A DNA stretch of 64,000 nt from positions 20,835-84,834 of the forward strand of contig JBEKWS010000019.1 of the NCBI GenBank assembly GCA_049512815.1, in the 5' to 3' direction. Position numbers and translations under genes: made by a program. Shown one piece after another: positions 48,025 through 58,857 of this stretch; position 1 is the stretch's first letter, and each line of letters begins with the position of its first letter. Under the pieces are notes generated by a model. The model made no database searches and was not told the DNA's origin. It saw only the letters and a list, made by a program, of their open reading frames with translations. This DNA comes from Bacteroidales bacterium (GTDB taxonomy: Bacteria; Bacteroidota; Bacteroidia; Bacteroidales; VadinHA17).

Positions 48025-49389
48025 ATGCAATATAATATGGTTAATGAGTTTAAGAAGTTTATTTTTTTAAACAATCTGATAAAACCAGCCGACAATATTC
48101 TGCTGGCCGTCAGTGGTGGTATAGATTCAATGGTAATGACTCACTTATTCCATCGCTATGGTTACAATATAGGTATAGCTCACTGCAATTTTTCCCTGAG
48201 AGCCCGGGAATCCGATAAAGATGAGGAGATGGTCCGTCAATATGCATCGGAACACAATATTCCGTTCTATTCCACCCGGTTTGAAACAAAAGCTTATGCA
48301 AAAAAACACGGATTATCAATTCAGATGGCTGCAAGAGAGCTGAGGTATAAATGGTTCGAAGAGATCAGAAAAAAAAACGGATACGAGTCAATTGCAGTTG
48401 CCCATAACCTTAATGATAATATTGAGACTCTTATAATAAACCTAATCAGGGGAACAGGTTTATCCGGGATGGCAGGAATGAAACCAGTCAGTAACAGAAT
48501 TATCCGGCCATTGCTCTTCGCAACCAGACAGGATATAATTACTTATCGTAACCAGCATAAAATTGTTTTTCGTGAAGACAAATCAAATGCAGATACGAAA
48601 TATATCAGGAATAAAATAAGACACCTGATAATACCTGTTCTCAAAGAGATTAATCCTTCTATTGAGATAACACTTAATGAAACTGCTGAAAGATTCTCAG
48701 GGATTAATGAAATTGTATCCGATTATATCTCCCAGTTTCGGGAAAGTATATCAGAACAAAAAGAACAATTCATCACATTTAATATAAGCCTGTTAAGAAC
48801 ACATTTGCATAATAAGGCTGTTTTGTTTGAATTGTTTAAACCATTCGGCATAACAAATGCCCAGCTAAAAGACCTGATAAAAGTAATTGATGGTAAAACC
48901 GGAGGTCAGATCTTTACCGATACTCATAGGATCATTAAAAACAGGAAGGAGATAATAGTATCTGATGAAAATATTGCAAATGAAACTTCCTATATAATTA
49001 AGAACATTCAGGAATTTTACATCTCCCCGATAATCTCTTCAGCACGGTATGTCAAAATCTCAGAAATGTTTGAAATCCCATCTGATCCTCACACGGCCTG
49101 TATTGATTCGGATAAGGTTTCTTTCCCGATGAAAATCAGAAAATGGAAAGCGGGAGATCATTTCTACCCATTGGGAATGACTCAGAAGAAAAAGCTGAGT
49201 GACTATTTTATCGACAACAAATATTCAAGAATCGACAAGGAAAATATTTTTATCCTTGAATCCGATAAAAAAATTGTCTGGATAATCGGGGACAGAATTG
49301 ATGACAGGTTCAAGATAACCAAATCAACTGAAAAAGGACTACTTATTAAATCTAAAAGAAAAGCACTGATAATTAAACCGATAAGATAG
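48025..49389 (+). CDS. tilS: tRNA(Ile)-lysidine synthetase
   Basis: 454 aa. PP-loop LLAVSGGIDSMV and a TilS substrate-binding C-terminal region. Confidence 0.9.
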   Translation: MQYNMVNEFKKFIFLNNLIKPADNILLAVSGGIDSMVMTHLFHRYGYNIGIAHCNFSLRARESDKDEEMVRQYASEHNIPFYSTRFETKAYAKKHGLSIQMAARELRYKWFEEIRKKNGYESIAVAHNLNDNIETLIINLIRGTGLSGMAGMKPVSNRIIRPLLFATRQDIITYRNQHKIVFREDKSNADTKYIRNKIRHLIIPVLKEINPSIEITLNETAERFSGINEIVSDYISQFRESISEQKEQFITFNISLLRTHLHNKAVLFELFKPFGITNAQLKDLIKVIDGKTGGQIFTDTHRIIKNRKEIIVSDENIANETSYIIKNIQEFYISPIISSARYVKISEMFEIPSDPHTACIDSDKVSFPMKIRKWKAGDHFYPLGMTQKKKLSDYFIDNKYSRIDKENIFILESDKKIVWIIGDRIDDRFKITKSTEKGLLIKSKRKALIIKPIR

Positions 49390-49463
49390 TTTTTCCAAGC
49401 AAACGGCTATCATCGATTAATATATCCATTAAAAATAATCCAATAATTAATTTCTGAAATCTC

Positions 49464-49482
49464 CCCTCCTTTTGAAGGAGGG
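49464..49482. repeat. short GC-rich hairpin related to the CCCTCC/GGAGGG repeat motif
   Basis: CCCTCCTT / AAGGAGGG 8-bp stem with a 3-nt loop, in the tilS-aroC convergent spacer. It may simply be a terminator. Confidence 0.45.
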
Positions 49483-49509
49483 TAGACTAAAGATAGTTTA
49501 TTCAGAAAA

Positions 49510-50505
49510 TCAGATTTTTCGCTCGCCATGAATCCCCCGATCGATTAGTATCAGATCAGCCAATGCAATTGCTGTTGCAGCCTCAACTATTACAGGCATT
49601 CTTAGAGCAATACAGGTATCATGCCTTCCTTTTACCTTAAGAGTCGCCATCTTGCCTTCTTTAAAATTAAATGTCATTTGATATACTCCGGTCGATGAGG
49701 TTGGTTTTACCACTATCCTGAATATAATTTCGTTTCCGTTTGTAATACCTCCATTGATTCCGCCGGCATTATTGGTTGCTGTTTTTCCGCTACTATTTAT
49801 AAAAGGATCATTATGTTCAGACCCTTTCATTGCTGCTGCAGCAAATCCGGAACCAAATTCTATTCCTTTGATGGCGGGTACTGAAAAGATTATGTGACTC
49901 ACTGCAGATTCAACCGAGTAGAAGAATGGTTCTCCTATAGCCAAAGGAGGATTCTTCACCTTGCATTCAATAATGCCACCGATTGAATCATTTAATGCAA
50001 TAGCCTCATTAACAGCTTTTTTGATATCTTCAGAGCCTCCGGCTGAAATAAGCCTTGCAGAGATTTCGGCTGACCCGGTAATCTTTTTTGCTATAACACC
50101 GGCTGCAACCAGACCCCATGTTATTCTTCCTGAAAAATGACCGCTACCGCGCATATCGGAAAAACCAGAATGTTTTATGTGTGAAACAAAATCAGCATGT
50201 CCGGGCCGGGGGACGTGTTTGAATTCATCATAATCGGAAGAGATTTTGTCACTGTTTTTTGTGATTAAAGTAACAGGAGCACCTGTTGTTGTTCCATTGA
50301 AAACACCGCTAAGTATTTCAGGCTGGTCCGGTTCCTGACGTTTGGTGCTTCCTTTGCTCCCACTTTGACGTCTCTGAAGATCCGGTATAAAATCATCTGT
50401 ATTGATAGCTAATCCAGGAGGGCATCCGTCTATTATCACTCCAACTACAGGACCATGTGATTCTCCAAATAGAGAAACTCTGAAAATAACTCCGAAGGAA
50501 TTCAT
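49510..50505 (-). CDS. aroC: chorismate synthase
   Basis: 331 aa. Starts MNSFGVIFRVSLFGESHGPVVGVIIDGCPPG and contains GRHDTC. Confidence 0.92.
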   Translation of the reverse strand: MNSFGVIFRVSLFGESHGPVVGVIIDGCPPGLAINTDDFIPDLQRRQSGSKGSTKRQEPDQPEILSGVFNGTTTGAPVTLITKNSDKISSDYDEFKHVPRPGHADFVSHIKHSGFSDMRGSGHFSGRITWGLVAAGVIAKKITGSAEISARLISAGGSEDIKKAVNEAIALNDSIGGIIECKVKNPPLAIGEPFFYSVESAVSHIIFSVPAIKGIEFGSGFAAAAMKGSEHNDPFINSSGKTATNNAGGINGGITNGNEIIFRIVVKPTSSTGVYQMTFNFKEGKMATLKVKGRHDTCIALRMPVIVEAATAIALADLILIDRGIHGERKI

Positions 50506-50509
50506 AATT

Positions 50510-51547
50510 CTATTTATTATCTCTGAACCTTTTATAAAAATCTATTACTTCTGTAACAGGAACTTTTTTAACAATTGCTTTTCCAATACCTTCAGTAAAT
50601 ACAAAATGAATATCTGTACCTGATTTCTTTTTATCATGAAATATAAGTTTCGCCATCTGATCGTATGTTATATCATGCTCCTCAATCAATTTAAATCTTT
50701 TAAGCAGATTGATGATCCTGGATTTTTCTTCCTGGCTGATGTATCCTTTTTCACATGAAAAGTTCGTCGCCAGCTCCATTCCGTATGCTACAGCAAAGCC
50801 ATGTTTCACAGATTTTTGCATCTCTACAACGTGCCCAAAAGTATGTCCGAAATTAAGAATACGCCTCAATCCTGCCTCCTTTTCATCTTTTGATACAATT
50901 AATCCTTTAAAATTGACTGATTTAGCAACAAGTACAGCAAGTAGCTTACGGTCTCTGGACATGATTCCCTCAAAACTTCTTTCAATAAGTTCAAATAAAC
51001 CTTTATCACCAATAACTGCTGTTTTGATCAGTTCTGCCAGTCCCGATAAATACTCCTGTTCAGGAAGAGTAAGTAACATTGCCGGATCACAAATAACAAA
51101 CTCAGGTTGTCTGATGTTGCCAAGAATGTTCTTTATACCTCCAAGGTTAACTCCATTTTTTCCACCAGTACTGGCATCCACCTGGGATAATAAAGTGGAG
51201 GAAACATATCCGCATCGGATGCCTCTCATATATATTGACGAAAGGAACCCGGCAACATCACAAACCACTCCTCCTCCTATTGCCAAAACAAAGCCTGTAC
51301 GATCGATTTCTGCTTCAAGGAGTTTTTCAGCAAGATATTCAATGACTTCAAGTTTCTTACTTCCTTCTCCCGGTGATAGTGAAAAAATAGGAACTTTCGG
51401 AAATCTTCCGCCATATAAGCGCCGGACATTATCATCAGTAATTATTACCACATCCTTTTCAGGAAGCAGTCCGAATACTGATTCCCAGCTCTCTCCAACC
51501 AGAATTTCCGATCTGACACCAGGAGTATCAATGATTATTTTTTCCAA
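50510..51547 (-). CDS. aroB: 3-dehydroquinate synthase
   Basis: 345 aa. Contains GGGVVCDVAGF, LNFGHTFGH and the HG metal-site pattern. It ends 4 nt upstream of aroC. Confidence 0.9.
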   Translation of the reverse strand: MEKIIIDTPGVRSEILVGESWESVFGLLPEKDVVIITDDNVRRLYGGRFPKVPIFSLSPGEGSKKLEVIEYLAEKLLEAEIDRTGFVLAIGGGVVCDVAGFLSSIYMRGIRCGYVSSTLLSQVDASTGGKNGVNLGGIKNILGNIRQPEFVICDPAMLLTLPEQEYLSGLAELIKTAVIGDKGLFELIERSFEGIMSRDRKLLAVLVAKSVNFKGLIVSKDEKEAGLRRILNFGHTFGHVVEMQKSVKHGFAVAYGMELATNFSCEKGYISQEEKSRIINLLKRFKLIEEHDITYDQMAKLIFHDKKKSGTDIHFVFTEGIGKAIVKKVPVTEVIDFYKRFRDNK

Positions 51548-51627
51548 TTGAGTTACTTATTGAATGTTAAAGTTAAAAAATCCGGACCTAATTCAACAGT
51601 TATTATTATAAAATTGAATTTTAAAGA

Positions 51628-53508
51628 TCATTTTTCACTTAATTCGAGCCATCTTAACTCCTTTTCATCCAATATCTTCATTATTTCCCCATGTCTTTCT
51701 GACTTTGAATACAAATCTTCCTGATTGAAGGCTCCCTGACTCATTTCAGTTTCAATAAGTTTTTTTTCTGACTCGAGGCTTTCGATTTCATCCGAAAGTA
51801 CTTCAAACTCCCTCTTTTCTTTAAATGTCATACCTTGTCTTTTTTCTTTTTTAGGTGGTATTTCTGTGGTTTCCTCTGAATTTGAAATTTTTAAATGTTT
51901 ACCGACTGATACCTTCTTTTCATTTTCATTCTCTTTCTGTTTTTCCCTGAGTTGAGTGTAGTTCCCAGGAAAATCCTTAATAACTCCATCTCCTTTGTAT
52001 TCAAATATATGATCTACAACCTTATCCATAAAGTACCTGTCATGGGATACTACTATTACACAACCCCTGAAACCTGCCAGGTATTCTTCAAGAACATTAA
52101 GTGTAAGAATATCAAGATCATTGGTCGGTTCATCGAGAATCAGGAAATTAGGATTCTTCATAAGAACGGTCAGAAGGTAAAGTCGTCTTTTCTCACCTCC
52201 TGATAATTTTCTGATTAAAGTATACTGTTTTTCGGGAGGGAATAAAAAATAGTTCATAAACTGGGTTATTGACAGAACATTGCCGTCGCTGATTACTACT
52301 TTTTCTGCAATACTCTTCACCGCATCAATAACAACCATTTCGTTATCAAATTCAATGCCCTGTTGCCTGTAATAGCCAAAAACAATTGTCTCTCCACGGT
52401 CAACTGTACCCTTATCAGGTTCAGTCAGACCGGTAATTATATTCAGCAAAGTGGTTTTCCCTGTACCGTTCTTACCAATAAGTCCTGCTTTTTCAAACCT
52501 GTTAAAAAGGTAAGTAAAATCTTTAAGCAGCACTTTATCACCATATGATTTACTCACATTTTTAATTTCAAGGATCTTACTTCCCATTCTCGAGATGTTC
52601 ACATTTATGTTGATACTCTTTTCTTCAGGTCTGTTAGCTGCCCTATCCTTCAGATCATAAAAAGACTCAATCCTCGATTTTGCCTTATGCCGCCGAGCTT
52701 TTGGCATCCTTCTCATCCAGTCGAGTTCAGTCTTCAAAAGGTTTTTAGCTTTCTCGGAATTCATCTTGGCTGAGTACTCCCTGCTCTGTTTTTTTTCAAG
52801 GAAATATTCATAATTGCCCTCATACCTGTAGAGTTCATTATCTGCAAGTTCCAATATTACATTACATACCCTGTCGAGAAAGTATCTGTCGTGAGTAACC
52901 ATCAGAAGTGTTTTATTCGATTTAATAAGGTACTCCTCAAGCCACTCAATCATATCAAGATCAAGATGGTTTGTAGGTTCATCAAGTATAAGAAGGTCAG
53001 CGTCCTCGACAAGTATTTTTGCTAAAACAACTCTTTTCTTTTGCCCGCCTGAAAGAGTACCGATTACTTCGTTCAGGTCGGTAAGCTTAAGCTTGAAAAG
53101 GATCTGTTTAACTGCCACTTCATAATCCCAGGCTTTATGATCATCCATACGCTGAATCATAATCTGGAGCATTTCAGGTGAACCAGAGAGAACACATTCT
53201 TCATATTCCCTGATGACTCTTACAAGTTGACTGTCTGTGCAGAAAAGTTCATCAATTATTTTATTTGATTCATTCAGTACAGGAGTCTGCTGAAGATATG
53301 CTATCCTTAAATCGCGTTTGATACTAAGAGAACCTTCATCAGGGTTTTCCTTGCCGGCGAGTATATCGAGTAAAGATGATTTTCCTGCACCATTGACAGC
53401 AATCAGTGCCACCTTATTATCCTTGTTGATGTTAAAACTTATGTTTTCGAAAAGAAGATTGTCTCCGATTCGTCTGGCAATATTATCTGCCTGCAGGTAA
53501 CCTATCAT
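51628..53508 (-). CDS. ABC-F family ATPase (two ABC domains, no TM domain)
   Basis: 626 aa. Walker A AVNGAGKSS and GKNGTGKTT, two LSGG signatures, and a C-terminal coiled coil. Confidence 0.9.
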   Translation of the reverse strand: MIGYLQADNIARRIGDNLLFENISFNINKDNKVALIAVNGAGKSSLLDILAGKENPDEGSLSIKRDLRIAYLQQTPVLNESNKIIDELFCTDSQLVRVIREYEECVLSGSPEMLQIMIQRMDDHKAWDYEVAVKQILFKLKLTDLNEVIGTLSGGQKKRVVLAKILVEDADLLILDEPTNHLDLDMIEWLEEYLIKSNKTLLMVTHDRYFLDRVCNVILELADNELYRYEGNYEYFLEKKQSREYSAKMNSEKAKNLLKTELDWMRRMPKARRHKAKSRIESFYDLKDRAANRPEEKSININVNISRMGSKILEIKNVSKSYGDKVLLKDFTYLFNRFEKAGLIGKNGTGKTTLLNIITGLTEPDKGTVDRGETIVFGYYRQQGIEFDNEMVVIDAVKSIAEKVVISDGNVLSITQFMNYFLFPPEKQYTLIRKLSGGEKRRLYLLTVLMKNPNFLILDEPTNDLDILTLNVLEEYLAGFRGCVIVVSHDRYFMDKVVDHIFEYKGDGVIKDFPGNYTQLREKQKENENEKKVSVGKHLKISNSEETTEIPPKKEKRQGMTFKEKREFEVLSDEIESLESEKKLIETEMSQGAFNQEDLYSKSERHGEIMKILDEKELRWLELSEK

Positions 53509-53525
53509 AAATATTCAATATTGTG

Positions 53526-53533
53526 CAAAGATA
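53526..53533 (-). promoter_or_regulatory. -7 promoter box TATCTTTG on the minus strand
   Basis: The plus strand reads CAAAGATA, 17 nt upstream of the ATG at 53508. It lies inside the TTG-extended nth ORF, which supports the shorter nth start. Confidence 0.4.
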
Positions 53534-53571
53534 AAAAGTGTTACCTTACCTGCACTATTAATTTACACCCT

Positions 53572-54249
53572 ATGACCATTAAGGAAAGATTTGATCGGAC
53601 CATAGAATATTTCAAAATAAAATACCCTGCCGCGGAAACAGAACTGGCTTATCAGAATACTTTTGAGTTGATTGTGGCAGTGATATTATCTGCGCAATGT
53701 ACAGATAAAAGAGTCAATATTATAACACCCTCTCTGATGAAAAAATATCCCAATGCTGTATCGATGGCTAAAGCTGAACCTGAAGAGATTTTTAAATATA
53801 TAAAATCATGTACTTATCCAAATAACAAGGCTAAACATCTTTCAGGAATGTCGAGGATGCTGGTATCTGAATTTGGAGGAATAGTTCCTTCAGAGCCCAA
53901 GCTTTTACAGCGACTACCCGGAGTTGGAAGAAAGACTGCGAATGTTGTTGCTTCGGTGGTCTTCAGAAAACCGGTGATGCCTGTTGATACACATGTTTTC
54001 AGAGTATCAAACAGGATTGGTCTGGTTAAAAATGCTAAAACACCCCTCAGTGTTGAAGTACAGCTCACCGGACATATTCCAACTAATCTTATACATGAAG
54101 CACATCACTGGCTTATAATACATGGCAGATATGTCTGCAGAGCCAGAAATCCTCTTTGCAGCCAGTGTGGGCTTTCTGATTTCTGTAAATATTACAGTAA
54201 AAAGAAGGAAATAAATAGAAATAAAACTATAAAGGAAACAGGAAATTAA
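53572..54249 (+). CDS. nth: endonuclease III
   Basis: HhH-GPD motif LPGVGRKTANVV and the Fe-S cluster loop CRARNPLCSQCGLSDFC. Start placed at ATG 53572 (MTIKERF) rather than TTG 53521. Confidence 0.92.
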   Translation: MTIKERFDRTIEYFKIKYPAAETELAYQNTFELIVAVILSAQCTDKRVNIITPSLMKKYPNAVSMAKAEPEEIFKYIKSCTYPNNKAKHLSGMSRMLVSEFGGIVPSEPKLLQRLPGVGRKTANVVASVVFRKPVMPVDTHVFRVSNRIGLVKNAKTPLSVEVQLTGHIPTNLIHEAHHWLIIHGRYVCRARNPLCSQCGLSDFCKYYSKKKEINRNKTIKETGN

Positions 54250-54314
54250 AAGTTTCGAACCGGAATTAAATCAATATTTGCTATTTTTAAAATGTAATTG
54301 AAAACACCAGATTG

Positions 54315-57300
54315 ATGGACTATAGAGAGAGCTACATAGAGTTGCTGGAAACGAACAAAAGATTAGAGAAGGAGATTGAGTTTTTCCGTTCAAAAAGCCG
54401 GGAAAAATCCGAGATTGTCAGGGATATGATCTTTAAGGTATTTCACTCTGCATCTTATTTAATGGCAATAAGCAAGCTGGATACAGGCCAATATGTTGAT
54501 GTTAATGAAACATTTCATAAAGCACTTGGCTATTCAAAAGAAGAGATTATAGGTCATACAACTGATGATATTCAGATTTTTGCAGATTTTGAAGAGAGCA
54601 ACAAATATATAAAACTGATCTCCAAACTAAAGAGCATTAAAGGCTATCCCGTAACTTTGAAAACTAAAACCGGCGAAGAGAAACCTTATTTGTTTTCTGC
54701 TGATACTGTGCAGCTTGATGATGAAATTTATCTGCTTACAGTTTTCAGTGAAATAAATACATCAAAAGACAGAAAGATAAAAGAGAGTCAGGGAAGTTTG
54801 TTTGATGAAATTTTTGAAACTGTCAGCAGCTACCTTGCACTATTTAGTGTTGATAACGATAACAGGTTTTATATTATTGATCTAAACAGAAAAGTTGAAG
54901 AGGTAGAATTCATCAGAAAAAGTGAAGTAATTGGTAAATATATCGAAGAAACGCCTTTGGTGAACCGAACGAAGCTGATTGAACTTCTTAACCACCTTCA
55001 TATAACAGGGGATGCACATAAATTAGCAGCTTCACCAAAAGGAGACGATTCCGAAGGGTTTTATATGGGTTTCCTTCTTACCTCAGGAAATTTCGTAATA
55101 ACCTGGGAACCAGGAAGTCAGCAAAGAGGAAAGGATGATAAGAACAAACAAGGAATTGCCTTTGAGAAGTTTGCAGAAATGCTTCCTGAGATGTTATATG
55201 AGGTAGATCTCACCGGGAAGATTTTATATAGCAATAAGCAAGGGTTGACCTTTTTCGGATATTCAAAAAAAGATCTGGCAACAGGGGTAAATATAGCAGA
55301 AATATTTCCGGATAATTATCAGAAAATGATCGAAAATCTGAAAGGACTGACATCGCCGGGACAAATCTCCAGTAATGAGTATTTTGCCAGAAAAAAGGAT
55401 GGAACTCTTGTTCCCATTGTTACTCACTCTTTTGCAATATTCCTAGATGACAGAATAATCGGATACAGGGGTATTGCAACAGATATCAGTAAACAAAAGG
55501 AATATGAGAATCAGATAATAAGGGAAAAAGCATTTCTAGAACATCTATATGATTCAACTCCGGTTGCAATTGCAATTACAAGCCCATCGGGTATAATTTC
55601 CATGGTTAACAGAGAGTTCACCAATCTTTTTGGCTTTACATTAGAAGAGGCAGTAAATAAAAACATAAATGATCTTGTGGTTCCGGATGATCTTAAAGAA
55701 GAAGCCATGAGAATCGATAGTCTTGCATCTCTCAATCAGAAAGAGCTAAGACAAACAATAAGAAAGGATAAATACGGCAATAAAATTCATGTTGATCTGG
55801 TTGCGACGGCAATCGTAATTAATAATGAAATTGTTGCAAATCTTGGCATTTATAGAGATATAACTACCGAAAGGAAAAATCAGCTTTTACAGGAGATTTT
55901 ATTTAATATATCAACGGCAGCTCTTAAACAGTATGATATTAAAGAAATCTATCCGATCATTGTACGAGAGCTAAGTAAAATATGGGATACCAACAATTTT
56001 TTTATAGCTCTTTATGATAAAGCTTCTGAAACTCTCTCGCTGCCGTTTTTTGCAGACGAAAAAGACAATTTTTATGAAATCCCTACTAAAAAGACAATTA
56101 CAGGTTGGGTAATTAAAAACAATAAGTCAGTCCTTCTTAAAGAAAAAGATCTGAAACTTCTTGACGAATCAGGAGATATTGACCTTGTAGGCACACCATG
56201 TAAGGTCTGGATGGGCGTTCCTCTGAAAGTGGATAATAACACTATTGGGGTAATGTGTCTTCAAGATTATAATGATGAAGATAAATTTTCGCAAGATGAT
56301 CTTTATGTACTGGATTTTATTGCGAATCAGATTGCTATAGCCATCCAGAGAAGAATAATGCTTGACAATATCATTCTTTCGCGCCAGAAAGCTGAAGAGG
56401 CAGCTCAGTCGAAGCAATTGTTCATGTCAACTATGAGTCATGAAATAAGAACACCCCTTAATGAAGTTATCGGGATTACCAATCTACTCCTTCAGGGAAA
56501 TCCCCGCGAAGATCAGATGGATTTTATAAAAACCCTTAAGTTTTCCGGAAATCACCTTCTTACACTCGTTAATGATGTTCTCGATTACAATAAAATGGAA
56601 TTGGGTAAAATAATTTTCGAGCAAACGCAATTTAATCTCATTGACCTTCTCGATGAGATAATGAGATCATATTCATTCAGGTCAAAAGCAAAGAATCTTA
56701 GTTTTGATATCAAGAAAGCAGATGATCTGCCAGCTGAGGTTATAGGTGACCCGATAAGGCTTAATCAGATTCTCTCTAACCTGCTCTCAAATGCACTGAA
56801 ATTCACTATTCACGGAAGCATTTCCGTAATCATAAAGGAATTAAGTAGGACAAGTAATCAGTCGAAAATGGAATTCACTGTTACCGATACAGGAATAGGC
56901 ATTCCAAAAGATAAGCACTTCCTGATCTTCGAAAGTTTTACCCAGGCTGAGCCGGATACTACAAGACAATTTGGTGGAACAGGACTCGGATTGGCCATCT
57001 GCAAAAAACTGATAGAATTGCAAGGAGGTACAATTACATTCGATAGTGAACCAGATAAAGGGTCAACTTTCCGGTTTGTCATCTCATTTGGAATTTCGGA
57101 AAAGGGTGGTCAGACCCATGTTGCGGAATTACCGGAGAGTTTTTCCGGACTTGAAGGCAAAAAGATCCTTGTTGCAGAAGATAATAAGATAAATTTTTTC
57201 GTCGCCAATAAATTCCTGATCGGCTGGGGAATATCAGTTACACTCGCTGAAAACGGACAAATAGCTCTTGATATACTTGAAAGAGAAGATTTTGATCTCA

Positions 57301-57524
57301 TCCTTATGGATTTACATATGCCTGTTATGGATGGTATTGAGGCTACCCGGATCATTAGAAAATCTGAAAACCCCAGAATTAAGGACATTCCTATTGTGGC
57401 CCTTACTGCAGCAATTATGTCAGAGAGCCACGACAAAATTGATGACCTGAAAATAAATGACTATGTCCTTAAACCTTTTAAACCTCACGATCTCTTTGAA
57501 AGAATACTTAAACATATAAGGTAA
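54315..57524 (+). CDS. hybrid sensor histidine kinase/response regulator (PAS repeats, GAF, HisKA, HATPase_c, REC)
   Basis: H-box MSHEIRTPLN, N/G boxes (LLSNALKF, DTGIGI, GGTGLGL), and a C-terminal receiver domain (DLILMDLHMPVMDG). ATG at 54315. Confidence 0.9.
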   Translation: MDYRESYIELLETNKRLEKEIEFFRSKSREKSEIVRDMIFKVFHSASYLMAISKLDTGQYVDVNETFHKALGYSKEEIIGHTTDDIQIFADFEESNKYIKLISKLKSIKGYPVTLKTKTGEEKPYLFSADTVQLDDEIYLLTVFSEINTSKDRKIKESQGSLFDEIFETVSSYLALFSVDNDNRFYIIDLNRKVEEVEFIRKSEVIGKYIEETPLVNRTKLIELLNHLHITGDAHKLAASPKGDDSEGFYMGFLLTSGNFVITWEPGSQQRGKDDKNKQGIAFEKFAEMLPEMLYEVDLTGKILYSNKQGLTFFGYSKKDLATGVNIAEIFPDNYQKMIENLKGLTSPGQISSNEYFARKKDGTLVPIVTHSFAIFLDDRIIGYRGIATDISKQKEYENQIIREKAFLEHLYDSTPVAIAITSPSGIISMVNREFTNLFGFTLEEAVNKNINDLVVPDDLKEEAMRIDSLASLNQKELRQTIRKDKYGNKIHVDLVATAIVINNEIVANLGIYRDITTERKNQLLQEILFNISTAALKQYDIKEIYPIIVRELSKIWDTNNFFIALYDKASETLSLPFFADEKDNFYEIPTKKTITGWVIKNNKSVLLKEKDLKLLDESGDIDLVGTPCKVWMGVPLKVDNNTIGVMCLQDYNDEDKFSQDDLYVLDFIANQIAIAIQRRIMLDNIILSRQKAEEAAQSKQLFMSTMSHEIRTPLNEVIGITNLLLQGNPREDQMDFIKTLKFSGNHLLTLVNDVLDYNKMELGKIIFEQTQFNLIDLLDEIMRSYSFRSKAKNLSFDIKKADDLPAEVIGDPIRLNQILSNLLSNALKFTIHGSISVIIKELSRTSNQSKMEFTVTDTGIGIPKDKHFLIFESFTQAEPDTTRQFGGTGLGLAICKKLIELQGGTITFDSEPDKGSTFRFVISFGISEKGGQTHVAELPESFSGLEGKKILVAEDNKINFFVANKFLIGWGISVTLAENGQIALDILEREDFDLILMDLHMPVMDGIEATRIIRKSENPRIKDIPIVALTAAIMSESHDKIDDLKINDYVLKPFKPHDLFERILKHIR

Positions 57525-57564
57525 CGGGGTGATGCCCCGAACCCCCATTATGTTTGTTTAATTT

Positions 57565-57598
57565 GTTACTTTCTTTTTATCAAGAAAAAGAAAGTAAC
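57565..57598. terminator. bidirectional hairpin terminator
   Basis: Perfect 14-bp stem GTTACTTTCTTTTT / AAAAAGAAAGTAAC with loop ATCAAG, between convergent genes. Confidence 0.7.
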
Positions 57599-57635
57599 TA
57601 TGGTGTGGGGCAACGACCCATATTAATAAAATAGT

Positions 57636-58838
57636 TTACTTGATGCAGTTCTTGCTGATGTAATCTGTTACATGTTTATTGCCGAGACTGAATGATCTTC
57701 TGAAATCGTGACAGGCATCTTCCACCTTTCCTGAATTAAGCAGTGCTATACCTTTGTTAAGCCAAATGTCTGAATTTTCTGGCCTGAGATCCAACGACAT
57801 ACTGTAGTCATTAATAGCTAAATCCCATGACTTTGAAACAAAATACGAATTTGCCCGGTCAACATAGCATTCCGGATCGTTAGGATGAAGTTTCAGATTC
57901 TTTGAAAAATATTCAATAGCTTTAAGGTTGTCGCCAGATATAGCCTCAACCTTTCCAGCCAGACTTAAACCAGCTTTGTTTTCAGGATAGATTTCAAGGT
58001 ATTTATCAATATCAATCAAAGCTTTATCAGTTTCTCCGGTTTTTCTGTAACAATCTGCTCTGAGAATCAGCAACTCAGCATCTGCAACTCCTGAACTAAG
58101 TAGTTGAGAATAGGTTGCTGATGCACCCACTGGATTTGATGCTCCTGTCTGGGCCTTTGCAAGAATCCGTAAATACTTTTCATTCCCGGGATTTATAGCA
58201 GTCAGTCCGGATATAGTCTTTATTACTTCAGAATAATTTCCGGATGCAAGGTTAATTAATGCTTCCGCATAGAGTATGTCATCATTGCTCTGATAACTTT
58301 TCTTAAGTTCCGAAAGAACTGCCTTTGATTCATCGATTTTCCCGGCTGATACATAATATTCTATTTCCGAAATACTTTTTTCAGAGATACTGTACCATTC
58401 TTTCTTCCAGAACTGACGCCACTCCTGCCTGTTTTCAATTACTCCGAAAGCCGGATCAAGCATTATCTCTTTTTCGCCTTTCTTAAACGGAGAATTCAGA
58501 TTAATTTCAAGATGATAGAGTGCCGTGGCTGCATCGCCTTTAAGGGCATAAATTCTTGAAAGTCCATATTCTCCTGAGAAAGGAGAGATTTTATTAGCTT
58601 CATTAAAATCGCTGATGGCCCCTGAATAGTCACCTTTTAGAATATTTGCTTCTGCCCTTTCAATATAAAGTCTGCTCTCTTTTTTTTCAGTTATTGCTCC
58701 TGAAAGCAAGTTTATTGCCTGCTCAGGTTTCCCTGCTTCTGTGAGTGCTCTGGCTTTAAGAATATAATCAACGGTTTGTTGCGCATGAACAGTTCCAACA
58801 CTAAGCAAAATCCAAAACAGAATTAATATCTTCTTCAT
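57636..58838 (-). CDS. secreted tetratricopeptide-repeat protein
   Basis: 400 aa. Signal peptide ending VHAQ, and recurring 34-aa TPR-like A/Y/L patterns. Confidence 0.75.
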   Translation of the reverse strand: MKKILILFWILLSVGTVHAQQTVDYILKARALTEAGKPEQAINLLSGAITEKKESRLYIERAEANILKGDYSGAISDFNEANKISPFSGEYGLSRIYALKGDAATALYHLEINLNSPFKKGEKEIMLDPAFGVIENRQEWRQFWKKEWYSISEKSISEIEYYVSAGKIDESKAVLSELKKSYQSNDDILYAEALINLASGNYSEVIKTISGLTAINPGNEKYLRILAKAQTGASNPVGASATYSQLLSSGVADAELLILRADCYRKTGETDKALIDIDKYLEIYPENKAGLSLAGKVEAISGDNLKAIEYFSKNLKLHPNDPECYVDRANSYFVSKSWDLAINDYSMSLDLRPENSDIWLNKGIALLNSGKVEDACHDFRRSFSLGNKHVTDYISKNCIK

Positions 58839-58857
58839 CTTAATAAGTCCTTAAAAA

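Noticed and set aside
50709-51551. 280-aa plus-strand ORF antisense to aroB.
   Set aside because: It has a Ser/Pro/Thr-rich, low-information translation and lies entirely inside a well-supported 3-dehydroquinate synthase gene on the other strand. This is a typical antisense shadow ORF. The same reasoning applies to 34328-34957, 34722-35087, 37529-37969, 5335-5826, 6061-6522 and the other short antisense ORFs in the track.
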